A stretch of DNA of 64,000 nucleotides from Octopus bimaculoides (lineage: Eukaryota): the NCBI RefSeq assembly GCF_001194135.2, contig NC_068986.1, forward strand, positions 3,140,197 through 3,204,196, in the 5' to 3' direction. Below the pieces are notes generated by a model. The model was not told the DNA's origin, ran no database searches, and saw nothing but the letters and a program-made list of their open reading frames with translations. The position numbers and the translations under genes are program-made. Shown here one piece after another: positions 1 through 13,500 of the stretch (position 1 is the stretch's first letter; each line of letters begins with the position of its first letter).

Positions 1-228
1 AGCATGGCCATTGCCAGTACTGCCTGACTGGCCTTCGTGCCGGTGGCACGTAAAAGCACCCACTACACTCTCGGAGTGGTTGGCGTTAGGAAGGGCATCC
101 AGCTGTAGAAACTCTGCCAAATCAGATTGGAGCCTGGTGTAGCCATCTGGTTCGCCAGTCCTCAGTCAAATCGTCCAACCCATGCTAGCATGGAAAGCAG
201 ACGTTAAACGATGATGATGATGATGATG
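1..228 (+). mobile_element. 3' end of RTE-LINE / RTE-tail short retroposon (family A), cut by window edge
   Basis: Ends in CCAACCCATGCTAGCATGGAAAGC(A/G)GACGTTAAAC+(GAT)n; near-identical to copies at 19.1, 19.9, 29.3, 35.3, 47.1, 48.3 and 53.7 kb. Confidence 0.9.
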
Positions 229-854
229 AACTAGATGCGTTTTATGCAACTGACAGAAGAAAGGCTGTCCCACACAGGAGGACTAAACAGAACTCTGCAT
301 CAGTCCTTATTCACAGTTATTTCTTCCCTCCAAGACAAGTAGCCAGCAATGCAACTTGTGGAGTCAATGTCTTACACATTCTGATTTTCTAATGGTAAGA
401 TTTCCACAGTTAGATAACTTTCCATTATCAACCCTTCTAGAGAGTTTCATGGATTCATTTAATTGTGCTAAAAGAGATTATCCCATCCAAGTGGACTAAA
501 GAGTACCTCTTTACCTATTATTAATTCTCATTTGAAATTATTATCCACCTAAACAAGTTGCTTGTATTGAGTCTTATGGAGTCTCTGTCTCCTGTACTAA
601 CACTATTTTACAGCTGAATGTACTTATTCAGAAGCACTGTCACTCTAAAGGGTTTACACACATAGTATAGTTTCCTAAAGCACAGTGGGGTAACAGTTGT
701 CTCCATTATGTATGTAAAGAAAAGAACCTACAATACAATTGGGTATGAAGCTATTTTCATGACATAGACCAAGGGATATTAGTTATCAAGTGAGTTTATC
801 ACCCTATGCTGAAGTCAGCCAGGCATATTTTCACACTGTTAGGTTCTACAGCCT

Positions 855-944
855 AATATAGTACCTCATTCTCACCTATAGATTAATATAGTACCTCATT
901 CTCACCTATAGATTAATATAGTACCTCATTCTCACCTATAGATT
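855..944. repeat. 30-bp tandem repeat, 3 perfect copies
   Basis: AATATAGTACCTCATTCTCACCTATAGATT x3. Confidence 0.95.
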
Positions 945-1574
945 AAAAAAAAAAGCAAGAAAGGTATGAGGTATTAAATATATTTAACCAAATAAAAATG
1001 GGTTACCAGTGTTAATTGGAGGCTGTCTGTATGATGTAGGTAATGGGTGAGGTACAAAGCTAAATTATGAAGGGGATATCTCCATGATTGCAGGTAGAGG
1101 GGGTGCTATTAAAAGATACTGCCTCAACAAATTAGAATTAGTCTACACATGCATGTGTATGCGCACGTGCATGTGTGTGTGTATGTATGTACATACGTAT
1201 ACGCATGTATGTCGAAGATCAGGAAACTATTTTCAGTATAAATGACAGTATTAAAAGTGAAATCGTATACATAGATTACATGTAATGAAATTAACATGGT
1301 TCTTCCAGACTTCTATGAGGCTCGTAAACTGAGCCTCATTTCTATTTGAAACTACCTACTGCTGTTTTTTTTTTTTCTACTTCTAACTAACACACTCCTG
1401 TCTCTTTTAAATGCCGCCATTAATTTCATGAATCATTTTAATGTGAAACTTCTTTCCCTCATCATTCCCTATGTCCCCACTTCCCTTATTCATGTTTCAC
1501 TATTCCTATTTCAGACTGTCCTCACAGAAAAGTATGTTTCTCTGCCTTAGACAAAAATCTTTATCTTTTCTTTG

Positions 1575-1930
1575 TTTCAGTTATTAGACAGCAGCCATGC
1601 TGGAGCACCACCTCGAAAAAGTTTTTAGTCAAATGAATCAACCTTAGTACTTATTTTTTTTTTTTTTTTAAAGCCTGGTTCTTATTCTATCAGTCTCTTT
1701 GCTGAACCACTAAGTTACAGGAACATAACAACACCAACACTGGTTGTCAAGCAGTGGCGGTGGACAAACACTTATGCAAAGACACACACACAATAGAGGC
1801 TTCTTTCAGTTTCTGCCTATCAAATCCACTCACAAGGCTTTGGTCAGCCCCACTTGCCTAAGGTGGCATGCAGTGGGACTGAACCCAAAACTATGTAATA
1901 GGAAAGCAAGCTTCTTACCACACAGCCATG
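1575..1930 (-). mobile_element. tRNA-derived SINE (family B, octopus OK/OR-type), diverged
   Basis: Reverse-complement match to the 63187-63608 copy (head GGCTGTGTGGTAAGAAGCTTGCTT, tail GGTGCTCCAGCATGGCTG). Confidence 0.8.
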
Positions 1931-2079
1931 TCTATGTTAAAAGAAAAGAGACAACTGAAAAAGTAATATAGGAACAGGTATGGCAGTGTGGTAAAGGAAT
2001 TCACTTCACAATGATGTGGCTTCAGGTTCAATATCACCATGTGGAACTTGGGATAAATAAATGTCATCCACCATAGTTT

Positions 2080-2330
2080 CTTGACAACAAAAATCAAGTG
2101 AGAGAAAACTTGGTGGACAAAAACCACTTGAAACCTCATCAAAGAGACAATTCCAACTCTTCACTGGCAAACTTATTCCATCTGGCCCCTGGATACCTTC
2201 ATCAGAGTCAACTGTTGCAAACATTCAGTATAGGTTTCTTGTATAAGGATAAATCCCTCCCTTATTACAACTGGTCTCAGAGACCTTGAAAAGAGTCATG
2301 TACACTGTCTTTCCTTCAGTGACAAAGCCA
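2080..2330 (-). mobile_element. Decayed CR1/L2-type LINE RT fragment
   Basis: Minus-strand GPDGISLPVKSWNCLF resembles the GPDGI..LK.C RT N-terminal motif; frameshifted. Confidence 0.4.
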
Positions 2331-2571
2331 ACATATAATACGTGTGTGATCAAAGAGTCCATAAGTCAGGGAAAAATGCACTCATATACTTGTCAATAGA
2401 GTAGGGATATTAATCAAAGTGTACAATACTGTATATCCATTATGGTCGACCTTATCAATCAGCTTTTTGCTACGGATTCAACAGAGTGGTAGGTAACAAT
2501 CCGATTATGTAACCCTGCGCTCATCAGAGGTAGCCGTTGTGGAATAAAAAATGGTGACTGCTCTCTATTGT

Positions 2572-2603
<32 letters not shown>

Positions 2604-3984
2604 AGCAGTATTTTAACATCCTCCTTTCCAGCTTGCATGGACCAGACAGTTTATTGAGGCAGAGATTTTCAACAGGCAGATGCCCTTCCTGTTGTCAACC
2701 CTCCCCTGTTTCTAAGCAAGGTAATATTTCCCCATGACCAGACATGACACTGATATGACAGTGACAATCATTTCATGACTATCATGTGATGTCAAGACAA
2801 GATACACAAACATACCCTCACTCACACACACACACACACACACACACACAAAGCAAAGTTTCTGTCTACCAAATCTACTCACAAAGCTTTGGTTGGCCTG
2901 GAGCTATAGAAGATACTTGCCCAAGGGGCCAAGCCAAGCTGTCACATGCAAGCAAGTATGACACTGTAGCTTGTGCCAAGGTCTCACTAGTTGTTTTAGG
3001 TATCTATGTCGCTACAAGCTGATACAGATACCCACTTAGCTCTCCTACATTTGATCCAGTAAAACATCAAGTATGTGACAACTGGAAGAAGAGAGAGCTG
3101 CACCAGCACTTTGCTGGAATACATTTTCAGCTGAGTAGACTGGTGAAATTTAGGACAATACTTATTGTGTCCTTCATTTTTTAAAGACAGTCAGGTGTGA
3201 TTTTGGTTGCTATTTCTGATAGGCCGAGCAACTATGTAGAGGTTCCATAGTTTAGCTCCTGGGCTACCCATTCCAAGCAGACTTATGACCAAATGTTTTC
3301 CAACTATGACCATCTTGTCTTTTTAGAGGAATGTTACATTAGATTAGCTTATGTACATTGCATTTATGTAAGAGAATGTAATTTGAGGGAGGTTTGACTG
3401 TTATTTTAAGTAAACAAAACAAGCATGTATGGGCTCCACATCGGTGAGTGAAACAGTTTGGTTTCAAAAGTCTGTTAAAATAAATAATAGCGACGATAAG
3501 TGTTTAAAAACTGTCATTGCCTGACATGGTCTGTTTGATAGCCAACATTATTTGTGGCCAAGTTTACTTACAAGCTCAGGGGTACAGGACTGGATATATA
3601 ATATTTGGTTGCCTGCTACAAACTCAGTCTAGTGTTTGCATATGTAATCCAGTCATATTTATAATCAGATAATTTATATAAGCGATAAACCCTTGGATTC
3701 TAGGAGACCAGTGTTGGTGTGAATCATGTTGGCATACTAATGTATCATACTTTAGATATTTTACAAACCAACAAGACTTAAAAGGCTTGCTAGTATCTGG
3801 TAGAAATTGTACCTAAAACCAGTTAACCACTGAATGGCCTCTCAGTTAATATACTGACAAAACTAACACAGCATCCTTAAGTTTACTCTCTTCCCTTTTT
3901 ACTAAATCTAATGTGTTGGACAAACATTATGAAGTAGTGTAGTTTTACAATGCTATCCTAAACTTGAAATATATAATCCCAGTC

Positions 3985-4195
3985 CTTAAGAGGAAGTGCA
4001 TGGACTCATGATCATAAGATTGTGGTTTTGATTCTTGGATCAGACAAAGCATTGTGTCCTTGAGCAAGACACTTCACTTCACATTGCTCCAGTTCACTCA
4101 GCTGGTAAAAATGAGTAATCCCGTAATGGACCCCAACCAGGGAGGAATATATATGCCAGAGAAACTCGGAAACTGGCCCTATGCCTAAAAGCCAC
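3985..4195 (+). mobile_element. Ancient tRNA-derived SINE with conserved central domain
   Basis: TGTGTCCTTGAGCAAGACACTTCACTTCACATTGCTCCAGTTCACTCAGCTG core; reverse copy at 50750-50900. Confidence 0.6.
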
Positions 4196-7100
4196 TACAA
4201 ACAGATAAACAAAGCATGAACGTAAATGGTGTTGAGACAGTTAATTCACTTGGGCTAATATATCATTTGGAACATAATCAAAATATCAAAAGAAAAACAT
4301 CATTATTATTATCATTGCTTTAATATCCATATTTCCATGTTTGTAAGGGTTAAACAAAGTCTGTTGGGTCAGACTTTCTACAGCTGGATGCTTTTCCAGG
4401 TGCCAACCCTCATCTGTTTCCAAGCAAAGTAATATTTCCCCTAAGCCTTTTGAACACAAACAGCTCAATGCCCAGACATTTTCATGAAAGATTGCAGAAC
4501 ATTTATGTATGAATGTTGACTTTTCTTACAAATAAGAGCACAAATATCAAGACAAGGACACACACACACACGCACACACACACACATACACAGAGTTGGC
4601 TCAGGACTATAGCAAAAGACGTTTTTCCAAGGTACCATGCATAAGGACTGAACCTCAAACCGCAGTGTTGCTAAGCAAACATCATAACCACACATCCAAA
4701 CTCATAATTACTTTGATGCCTGTTATTTTATTTTACTTTGTGGTTCTTGATGTTGCTTTCACAAGCAATGGAAAACATCATAGCACAATCTCTTCGCTGT
4801 TTATTCTGTCTGTTCAAGCCAATTTATAAAAGCACTAATATAAGATCATATTTTTACTACTTCCTCTAGCATTTTTCACAACTTATCTCAATATCCCATA
4901 GTCAAATTGTAAAGCAGCTGTTCAACCAATTTTCCATTCCCCACCTCCAGCCCCCTCCCCAGATCCATTCTCCCCATGTAGTCATAGGCGTTCAGTCTTC
5001 CATGCAGTCCTTCAGATAACACTTGATATCTTAACTTTCAGGCTCCTTACACTTATTGAAATTTAGTTTATTCCTTGAATGTTCATGGTACACCAAGCGT
5101 ATCATTCTTGCTCTATTCTTTTTCAATTGCTAATATCGACAATGCAAACATCAAAACTCTCACCACCTATGATCTGCATTGATGTTTTCACAAAAACAAA
5201 ACAACCAAACAAACCCCCGTTCTAAATTCATGTCTGAACCAGTTAATAAGAACCCTTACATGAAACACAGTCGCTCGTACATAGAGTATTAAAATTTTCA
5301 AGTAAGAAATTGCCGTTTCCACTCTGTCAAGTAGAAAAGGAAGAACTTAAACGGCTAATGAGAAAGCCTGAAAGTAGAAGCAACACATGTAACATCTCAG
5401 CTTCCACAAGTTCATCAAGAGTTTACTTCTAGTCTCTGCTAACGATCATTTCGGAACAAAATTAGCGGATAGTCATTTAATATTTTGCCTTTTGCTTAAT
5501 AAAATTAATTTTACATTTTATCAATTTATATTTAAGTTTTTTAGTTTTTTTTTTTTATCACTAATTTTTTTCAAAGGGTAAAAATCATAACATAGATTAA
5601 GTTTCAACAAACTCAGTGCGATTATATATGCACAGACAGAAACGTGTCTATGTAGTTCAGATGTTCACTCTCCAACCATGTGCTTTCAGATTCAGGCTAA
5701 ACTAAAATCTTGGATCCATCAAGGAAGCTTCTTTGTAGTCATTTGACGTGCTAGAAATATCAGCTAAATCCTCTTTCAGTTTCAATTTATCAAATCAGTT
5801 TGTCAAGTGGTGGTGGGGGACAAACACAGAAACAAAGACATACATACATATACACACAATGGGATTCTTTCAGTCTCCGTATATCACATGACCTTAAAAA
5901 GGTGAAAAAGACTTTGGATAATGTAGTACGAGATAAGGAAGGACTTGTCTTGGTTAATCCTGATCATACATCTGCACATGTATGTGCATGTTCAGGCCTC
6001 TCTTCTGATTATAGGCATGGACCAACAAATGCCATGTGAGTGAAAGTGATAGACAGAAACAGCAGGAAGCCTATCATGGATGTGTGTGTGCACGTGTGTG
6101 TGTGTGTGTGTGAGCAAATGTGTGTGTTCGTATCTGTCTATATCAATATTTGTATTTATATCTAACATGGCTTGAAAAAAAACAATGTCTGTGTTTATAT
6201 TCCTTAACTTAGCAATGACTTAAGTATTAAAAAAAAACACTAAATAAATACTAAACTTTAAAAAGAAATCCACACTGGAATCAAGCTGAATGACTAAAAC
6301 TCTTCAAGGCAGTGCCCTAGCATGGCTACCGACTAACGACTAAATAATAATTACAAGTTTAATTGGTTCAGCAATAATTTACTTTTAATGACTTGACTAA
6401 TTTTCCCAAATTTCTGCCACACTGTTTTCATTTCTATTTTGTTATTAGTGCTGGCATTACTACAATGGACAATGCCAGTCTTCTGCTTCTGCTCTTAGAA
6501 GTGTTTGTGATTAGAAAAGGTCAGCAAACAGTAAAATAGATACTTTAAGGAAATGTTACAAAATGGTATCAAACCTAAATTCACTATCTCCTGAATTGGA
6601 AAAACATTCTGAAGACTAAACCTACTCAAAAGTTGTCCATGTATACGTATTTTATGAAACAACTTGAATACAATTCTGTTTCTATATATACTAGGTTATG
6701 TTTTACTAGTAACTGCTACTCTAAATGACAAGAGTCATTGTAACTTAGATTCTCAACTAAATCATCTAACACACACACACATTTATATAATAATACATAT
6801 ATATATATATATATATATATACCTACACACACACAATACTAGGTTACCAACAGTTTTCAACTAATTAGTGAATTTTATTTGCTTTTATTTGAGGACTTCA
6901 AAAGAACAATTTTGTTTCACATATAAGATGAAGGAGGTGAAATCTGAATTTGTAATGTAGTTCTTTCTATGTATTTTATGTGAGTTGTGTTTAAGTGGCT
7001 GCTCAATTACAGTTTTTGACCAATAGTGATATAGGTCCCACCCACCTCAAATAATGACTTCCTCTCACTTCATTCTCTTGTGCTAACATACAAAACTTTT

Positions 7101-7480
7101 AGTGTATGTGTGTGGAAGAAATGTTATGTGCGTCACTGTGTACAGGGAAAGAGTTTGGAACTCTCGCTCTCTCCCTCTGCACCAGAAATGCAAAAACTAG
7201 AAAGTTGTGACTAAATCTGAAACAAAATTTTCACAAAAAAAAAAAATCATTTCGTTTTATTTTAAACAGACACACACCTATATTTCTGTAGGTTATCCAT
7301 AATGAATGACTCTGAAAACTTTTTTATGCATGTTTATAGAAATTCATGACCTTAAATAATGAAGCAGTCAACCATGGAGTCAGAATCATTAATGTGAGAA
7401 GGACAGCCCTCAAGATACACTGAGTCATGTAGAGTAGTGCTGTTCTTTGTGGTCATTCTTTTATTATTATTATTACTATG

Positions 7481-7513
<33 letters not shown>

Positions 7514-8273
7514 TGGAGTCATTGTAAAATAACCTGAACAGTTGTAGGTTGTAACCCCAAATAAAGAATAATGTCACAGTTATTTGTCCACATAATCTTC
7601 ACAGCAAAGAGGTTCATATCATGTTGATAAAACCGTGTTACAAGTTATGGTACGACTGCACAATGGTTAAATGTGTGCTTGATAGGAATTCACATGGTTT
7701 GGTGGGGGTTCATTCCCATTACATGGCACTGTGAACAGGTGTTGCCTATTCTTGCCTTGGATTTATTGACCCAGCTTAACTTATATTTCTATTATATTCA
7801 GCGACAGAGCTTTACCTTAAAACCAGTAGAAGTTGTTGAAGGAGAGTGACACAATGCGAAATTTAGGGAGACAAGTACAATGGAAATAACAACAGATGGA
7901 TATAATAGATAGTTTTTGTTGAAGATTAGCTGCAGATAAGCTCTGAATGAGCAGACCTACAATGATAGATATCCCAGCCTGACTCTCCTGTCTTTCTTTC
8001 AGGTAGTGTATCTAGGACTACATTATCTGTTTCTTTCCTTCCATTTTTTTTTAAATATAAGTATGATAAAGAAAAATTTAGTTGCTATTTCTAGCTATGT
8101 AAAGTCTCTTTTGGCGTAAAGTTGGAGAATAGCTAGGATTTTTCAAATATGATTTGGTAAAAAAAAGACATTCTAACGACAATGCAATGACACAGCAGAG
8201 ACTGAAGAATTTTTCAATAAAGAATGGATAATGGTTTTCTTTGACTTTGAAATACTTGTGGGTATGTGCAAAG

Positions 8274-8740
8274 AGTGTTCTTGTCAATGGAGCCAAAATA
8301 TGGACTATGAAGGAGCTTCAATATCGCTTTGGATCATATGCATGAGGTTTCTCATGATGACTCAAAACATCTTGTGGAATGAGTAAAAGACCAAAGAAGA
8401 GATTTATAAACACAATTCTACCTCTACTGTTGTTACTCACCAGAGGGTAGGCTTTGGCATCCACTGCTATCATGCTAGGTACTGGGCCATATAAGATGCT
8501 ATATTTTGGAGACTTCTGCACCCTAATAGATCATGGCAACTACTGAACGACATTGGTGTTATTGGTAGACACACAACATGAAATTGGGGACCTGCCAAAG
8601 CTAATGGGGGATAGAGATACCTGGTGCAACATGATGAAACAGATCTCAATTGTAGCCACTTGAAGAGGAAGAGTAGCTTCTTATTTAAAGTTAAATGGCT
8701 ATGATTAAGATGCCAGTGATTAAAGCAGGAATGTAGTACC
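8274..8740 (+). mobile_element. Decayed RTE-type LINE, post-RT C-terminal region
   Basis: Broken translation SVLVNGAKIWTMKE...MRFLMMTQNILWNE*KTKEEIY...QRVGFGIHCY...DAIFWR matches the SVLLYG.ETWT...RMLR..NISW..TNEELY..RRLRFAGHC pattern. Confidence 0.65.
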
Positions 8741-10389
8741 ACAAATATTAAAACAATATCAAAGTGAAGACCTCAAGATTGCAAAACAAACTTCTTAACC
8801 ACTGCCTAATACACAATAAAAAGCTTGTAATGGATTTTGGGCTGAAGTACAAGATTTATCAGCTGGTAGTCAGTCCAATTACCTTATCTATACAGATAAA
8901 AAAAGAGTGTCTACCTACAAAAAGAGTGTCTATACTTTGTTTAAACATTGATATGACCACAGGCACAACCATATTGTTACAGTTCATTTAACAACAACAG
9001 GATTTTAGATTCAATCCCATTGTGAGAGACAAGATTCTCCATTAATCCTTCTATTTTGACTTAAATCACCCACAGTATACAAGATTGCTATACACCCATA
9101 GTGTATAACAATCTTAGAGAGAATAAGCAACAGTTCAGGCCTAAATGATTTATGTTCTTTATTATTTAGCTTTAGTACTAAGCACAGACATGGCTGTGCA
9201 GTTAAGAAGTTTGCTTACAAGCATGTAGTTTAGGGTTTAGTCCAACTGCATGGCATTTTGAGCAAATGTCTTCCACTATGGATTCAGGCTGACCAATGCC
9301 TTGAGAGTGGATTTGGTAGACAGAAACTTAAAGCCTATTAAGTGTGTTTACATTCTCTAAAAAGCCCACTCAGCTGCAGATTATGTTGCTGTAATTTCCC
9401 CCGTCTTTTATGGTCATCCAATGTCTTTGCCCCCGAGTAGATGTGTTGAATGAGATATGCCTTACTTGAAAAATAAATAATGGTTAAGCAACAAGAAAGC
9501 CATCTAGTTGTAAAATCATGCCTAAATAATATATTTGTCTAACCCATACTAGCATGGAAAAAAGTACATAAAAACAAATGAATAAATTACCACAACCTGA
9601 ACCTTTTGAGAGAGTTCACAGAATATGGTAAGTCACAATTCAAAGTAATTCTTCAGAATTAGAGTGAGTCACACTAAGCTACAGATTAATAGTATTATGC
9701 AGATAAGAAATCAGTCTCTGCACCTCCAGGTAAGAGGTAATTGTCTCTATCAGGTACCATTTTGGTAACAACAGCTTAGTAAACCAGGGCATGTAATTGC
9801 TCAATCAATGAGGCATCCAGATAGTTAAATTAACATATAAGTGATCGAATATTCCACAGACACATATATCCTTCACATAATAATCTGATTGAATCAGTTG
9901 TGGTACAATACACAAGAAAGCTGGACCTTTGAATTGAAAGTGCAATCTGTCTCATGCGTTTCCACAGTTTCCATCGAGCCAACTTCTGTTACATGGATTG
10001 GATCAAACCAAGACTAAAGTAAAGACACTTGTCCAAGGTGTTTCACACAGTAGGATCAAAGCCAGGACCTCATGATTGCAAAGCAAACCTCTTAACCACT
10101 GCAATGGATTTGGGGCTTAAACACAAGATTTATTAGCTGGTAGTCCAATACCTTATCTATTCTGAAATTCAACTTCTGCCGACTAAAGGAGTGGCTATAT
10201 TTTGTTTAAACTTTGATATTGCTGCAGGCACAGCCAGATTGTTAAAAGTTCATTTAGCAACTATGACTTTGCAGGCTCTTTGAGAATGTGTCTTCTATCT
10301 TAGCCTCAGCTCTACCAAAGCCTTGTAAGTGAAATTTTGGTTGATGGAAACAGTGTGGCATCCAACTTCTGTTATTGGGAGATTTAATC

Positions 10390-11330
10390 CATCACCCCAA
10401 GAAGGGTTTCTCTCTCCAGTCTGAGCATAACTTCCTTCTCCACACCCAACAGTCTCTGAGACCTTGAAATAAAAATCCTGTGTGCTGCTCTCCTCCTCTG
10501 ATCAAACAATTAAAGAAAGGGAGAATATTGAAGTATGAACACAGATACAAGTGACTATGGTAGGTAACCAGTGAATGCAGACAATTACTTTGAAGCACAA
10601 ATGATAGGAAATGAGATTTGACAAGGGTTAGGGTTAGGGTTAGGGTTAGAGACACTTGGCTAGAGACCTTGATAATATTGAATTCAACAGCTCTAATTCC
10701 ATCATGGTTTTTCTAAATCTAGAGATTATATATGTGTGTCATATAAGAAAATAGATCTTATATATTTGTATATGTTTGGAAGCCATTCTAATGACTGTTA
10801 ATGAAAAGAAAAGATTTGATATAGTGCAAAAGGAATTGGTTGCTTTGAACACTTAAAAGTGTTTGCAGTGAGAGAACTTGTATTGTTGTTAGTCTGAGAT
10901 CAGAAGGGCTTCTTTTCTTAGAGATGGAAGATGCATTTGCGAGTTTCTGTAGAGAATGGTTACAAATTTTAATATATATCTGGTTCTGGGGCACAATGTT
11001 AGAGAGACCTACATGCTTAAAGATATGAAGTAAGAAAAGAATCTGGTGAACTCAGCAACTGGCAAAATAAGAGATAAATAAGAGAAGGTTCTAAGGTAGC
11101 AAGAATGGTTAAGACAGGGAAAATTGTTTAGTGTTACAAGTGGGATAGGTGAAGAAGACAAGTAGATTGAAGTGGTGTTGACCTTGACAATGATATGCTG
11201 TTAATAGAACTGTATTGATTGAATAGGAGAGAAAAAGAAGACTGTCTGAAGTTCATGGATAAGCATTTAGCAAAGAGTCAGAAGGTGGGTGGGTGGGTGT
11301 CTTTAAAATGCATGGCTACAGCTGAGAAAG
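10390..11330 (-). mobile_element. Possible highly decayed Penelope-like (GIY-YIG end) remnant
   Basis: Purine-skewed block; minus-strand peptide pieces (YFN...QGLRDC...FLG) loosely resemble PLE C-termini; weak. Confidence 0.3.
10624..10648 (+). repeat. Interstitial telomeric-type (TTAGGG)4
   Basis: AGGGTTAGGGTTAGGGTTAGGGTTA. Confidence 0.9.
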
Positions 11331-11762
11331 TGAAAGAGTATTTTTTGGCAGTCAGCTTGGCAGTGCACTGACTGCAAGTGCATTTTGCATTCCCAATGCC
11401 TGCTTGTAGTAATGATGGGAAGTGACAGAAGATTGCCAGTTGGTATATATTAATTGGTAGTTTCCATGCTTTGAAAGTCCTGATTTTTGTTTTTGATCTG
11501 CTTTGTTTGTTTGTTTGTTTGCTTGTTTTCTTGTTTTTTTTTTTTCATAAATATTTTTTTTTTAATGTTATTGTTGTTCTGTTGTTGTTATGTTCACACA
11601 GCAACAACTGAAGAACGTTTTCAGATCAACTTACTAACATTAACCTTGTTTCTAACACTAACTCTTCTGACATTTACATACATTATTGTTCATAACATTT
11701 ATCTAAAAAAGAGTTTTAAACATGGTTATTTAGGTAAAAGTAGAAATTAACATCAATCATTA

Positions 11763-11766
<4 letters not shown>

Positions 11767-11815
<49 letters not shown>
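11767..11815. repeat. (CA)n microsatellite
   Basis: Direct reading. Confidence 0.95.
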
Positions 11816-11819
<4 letters not shown>

Positions 11820-11969
11820 TCACTGCACATTTTGAAATTGCTTTAATGGTTATATTATTTTTCAGGCGCCACCATCCAAGCTGTTGCCTGCCTTATAATA
11901 ATAATAATAATAATAATAATTTCATGTGATTAATTTCTCTACTCAGTACAATTACATCATGACATTACT

Positions 11970-12003
<34 letters not shown>

Positions 12004-12679
12004 CCTTTTAATCTGAGATTCAGCTTTGATTGAAAAAACCTACAATCAGATATGATCTAGCCATGACACTCCTGTCTTTTGTACATCTACCACTACACTA
12101 CCCAATGTACTTTTCCTTTAAGACATTAGGGTGTGCTATTTCTAGCAAAGTGAGAGATCACAGAGACGTTTTCTTGATGGCAGTAATGTAATTATAATTA
12201 AACTCTTTCTAAGATAGGAAAGGGCTTAATCAATTATATCAACTCCAGAACTTGACTGGCACTTTATGGTAATGACACTGAAAATCTGAAAGGTGAAGTT
12301 GACTTTGATGGGATTTGAACTCAAAACACAAATGAGCCACAAGAAATATTTGTGTTCAACTTTCAAGCAACTGCGCCAATCCACCATTCTTAAACATAAG
12401 CAATTTCTCGATATTACACATATGTATTTCAAATTCCGCCAAGGTTGAGTTTGCCTTTCATCCTTTCGGTGTCAATAAAATAAATACCAGTAGGACATTG
12501 GGGTTGATGTAATCGCCAAAATTTTAAACCAATATTAGAAATATTTATGAAAAAAAATTATTATCTTGTTTACTTGGGCAAAAATTTCCTTCAGTAAGTA
12601 GAGAAGATATGCTCTATTAACTTATTCCCAACAATATTGATACCTGTTTCTTTGAGCCTGGAGAGAATTTGGACATGAA

Positions 12680-13500
12680 GCTATGAGATACTGAATAGCT
12701 GATGGGGGACACATAGTTGATGAGATATGTGCACAGCTGATGGGATACATGCAACTGATGGGATATGCACAAATGATGACAAGTACATAGCTGGTGGGAT
12801 GTGCACAACCAATGGCATATCCACAACTATGGCATACTTGTAGACAGCAGGATATGCACTACTGATGACATGTGCATAGCTGGTGGGATGCGAACAGCAG
12901 ATGGGATATGCACAGCTGATTGAATATGCGCAACTGATGGGATATGTCCAGTGGATAAGATATGCACAACTGATGGGATACACACAGCTGATGGGATGAG
13001 CACATCTGGTGGGATGCACACACAGCCATGGCATACTTGTAGCCAACAGGATATGTATGGTTGATGAGATATGTATGGCAGATGGGATGGATATGAACAG
13101 CTGATTGGATACATGCAGCCAACAGGATACAAACAGCTGATGGGATATGCACAGTGGATGGGATGCAAACAGCTGATTGGATATGAACATTTGATGGGAT
13201 ACATGCAATTGATGGGATACACACAGCTGATGGCATACATGTAGCTGATGGGATACTCACAACTGATGTGATATGCATAGTCAATGCGATACAAACAGCA
13301 GATGGGATATGCACATCTGATGGGATACACACAAGTGACAGGATACATAGAGCTAATGGGATATGCACAGCTGACGGGACATGCATAGCCAATGGGACAC
13401 ACACAGCTAATGGGATACATGCAGCTGATGGGGGACACACAGCTGATGGGATAAGTGCAGCTGATGGAGTAAGTGCAGCTGATGTGATACACAGAGCTGA
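12680..13500. repeat. 18-bp minisatellite (consensus about GCTGATGGGATATGCACA), about 45 degenerate units
   Basis: Visible periodicity; produces the overlapping ORF-track entries with PISCAY / IPSAVH / HQLCVS / TADGIC hexapeptides. Confidence 0.95.

Noticed and set aside
1315-1339. 9-bp hairpin ATGAGGCTC/GAGCCTCAT
   Set aside because: Expected by chance in 64 kb and not a histone stem-loop or terminator.
3572-3812. Minus-strand exon candidate with a gtaagt donor
   Set aside because: Stops in all three frames.
12680-13500. CRISPR-like array
   Set aside because: Contiguous tandem units with no unique spacers, in a eukaryotic context with no cas genes.
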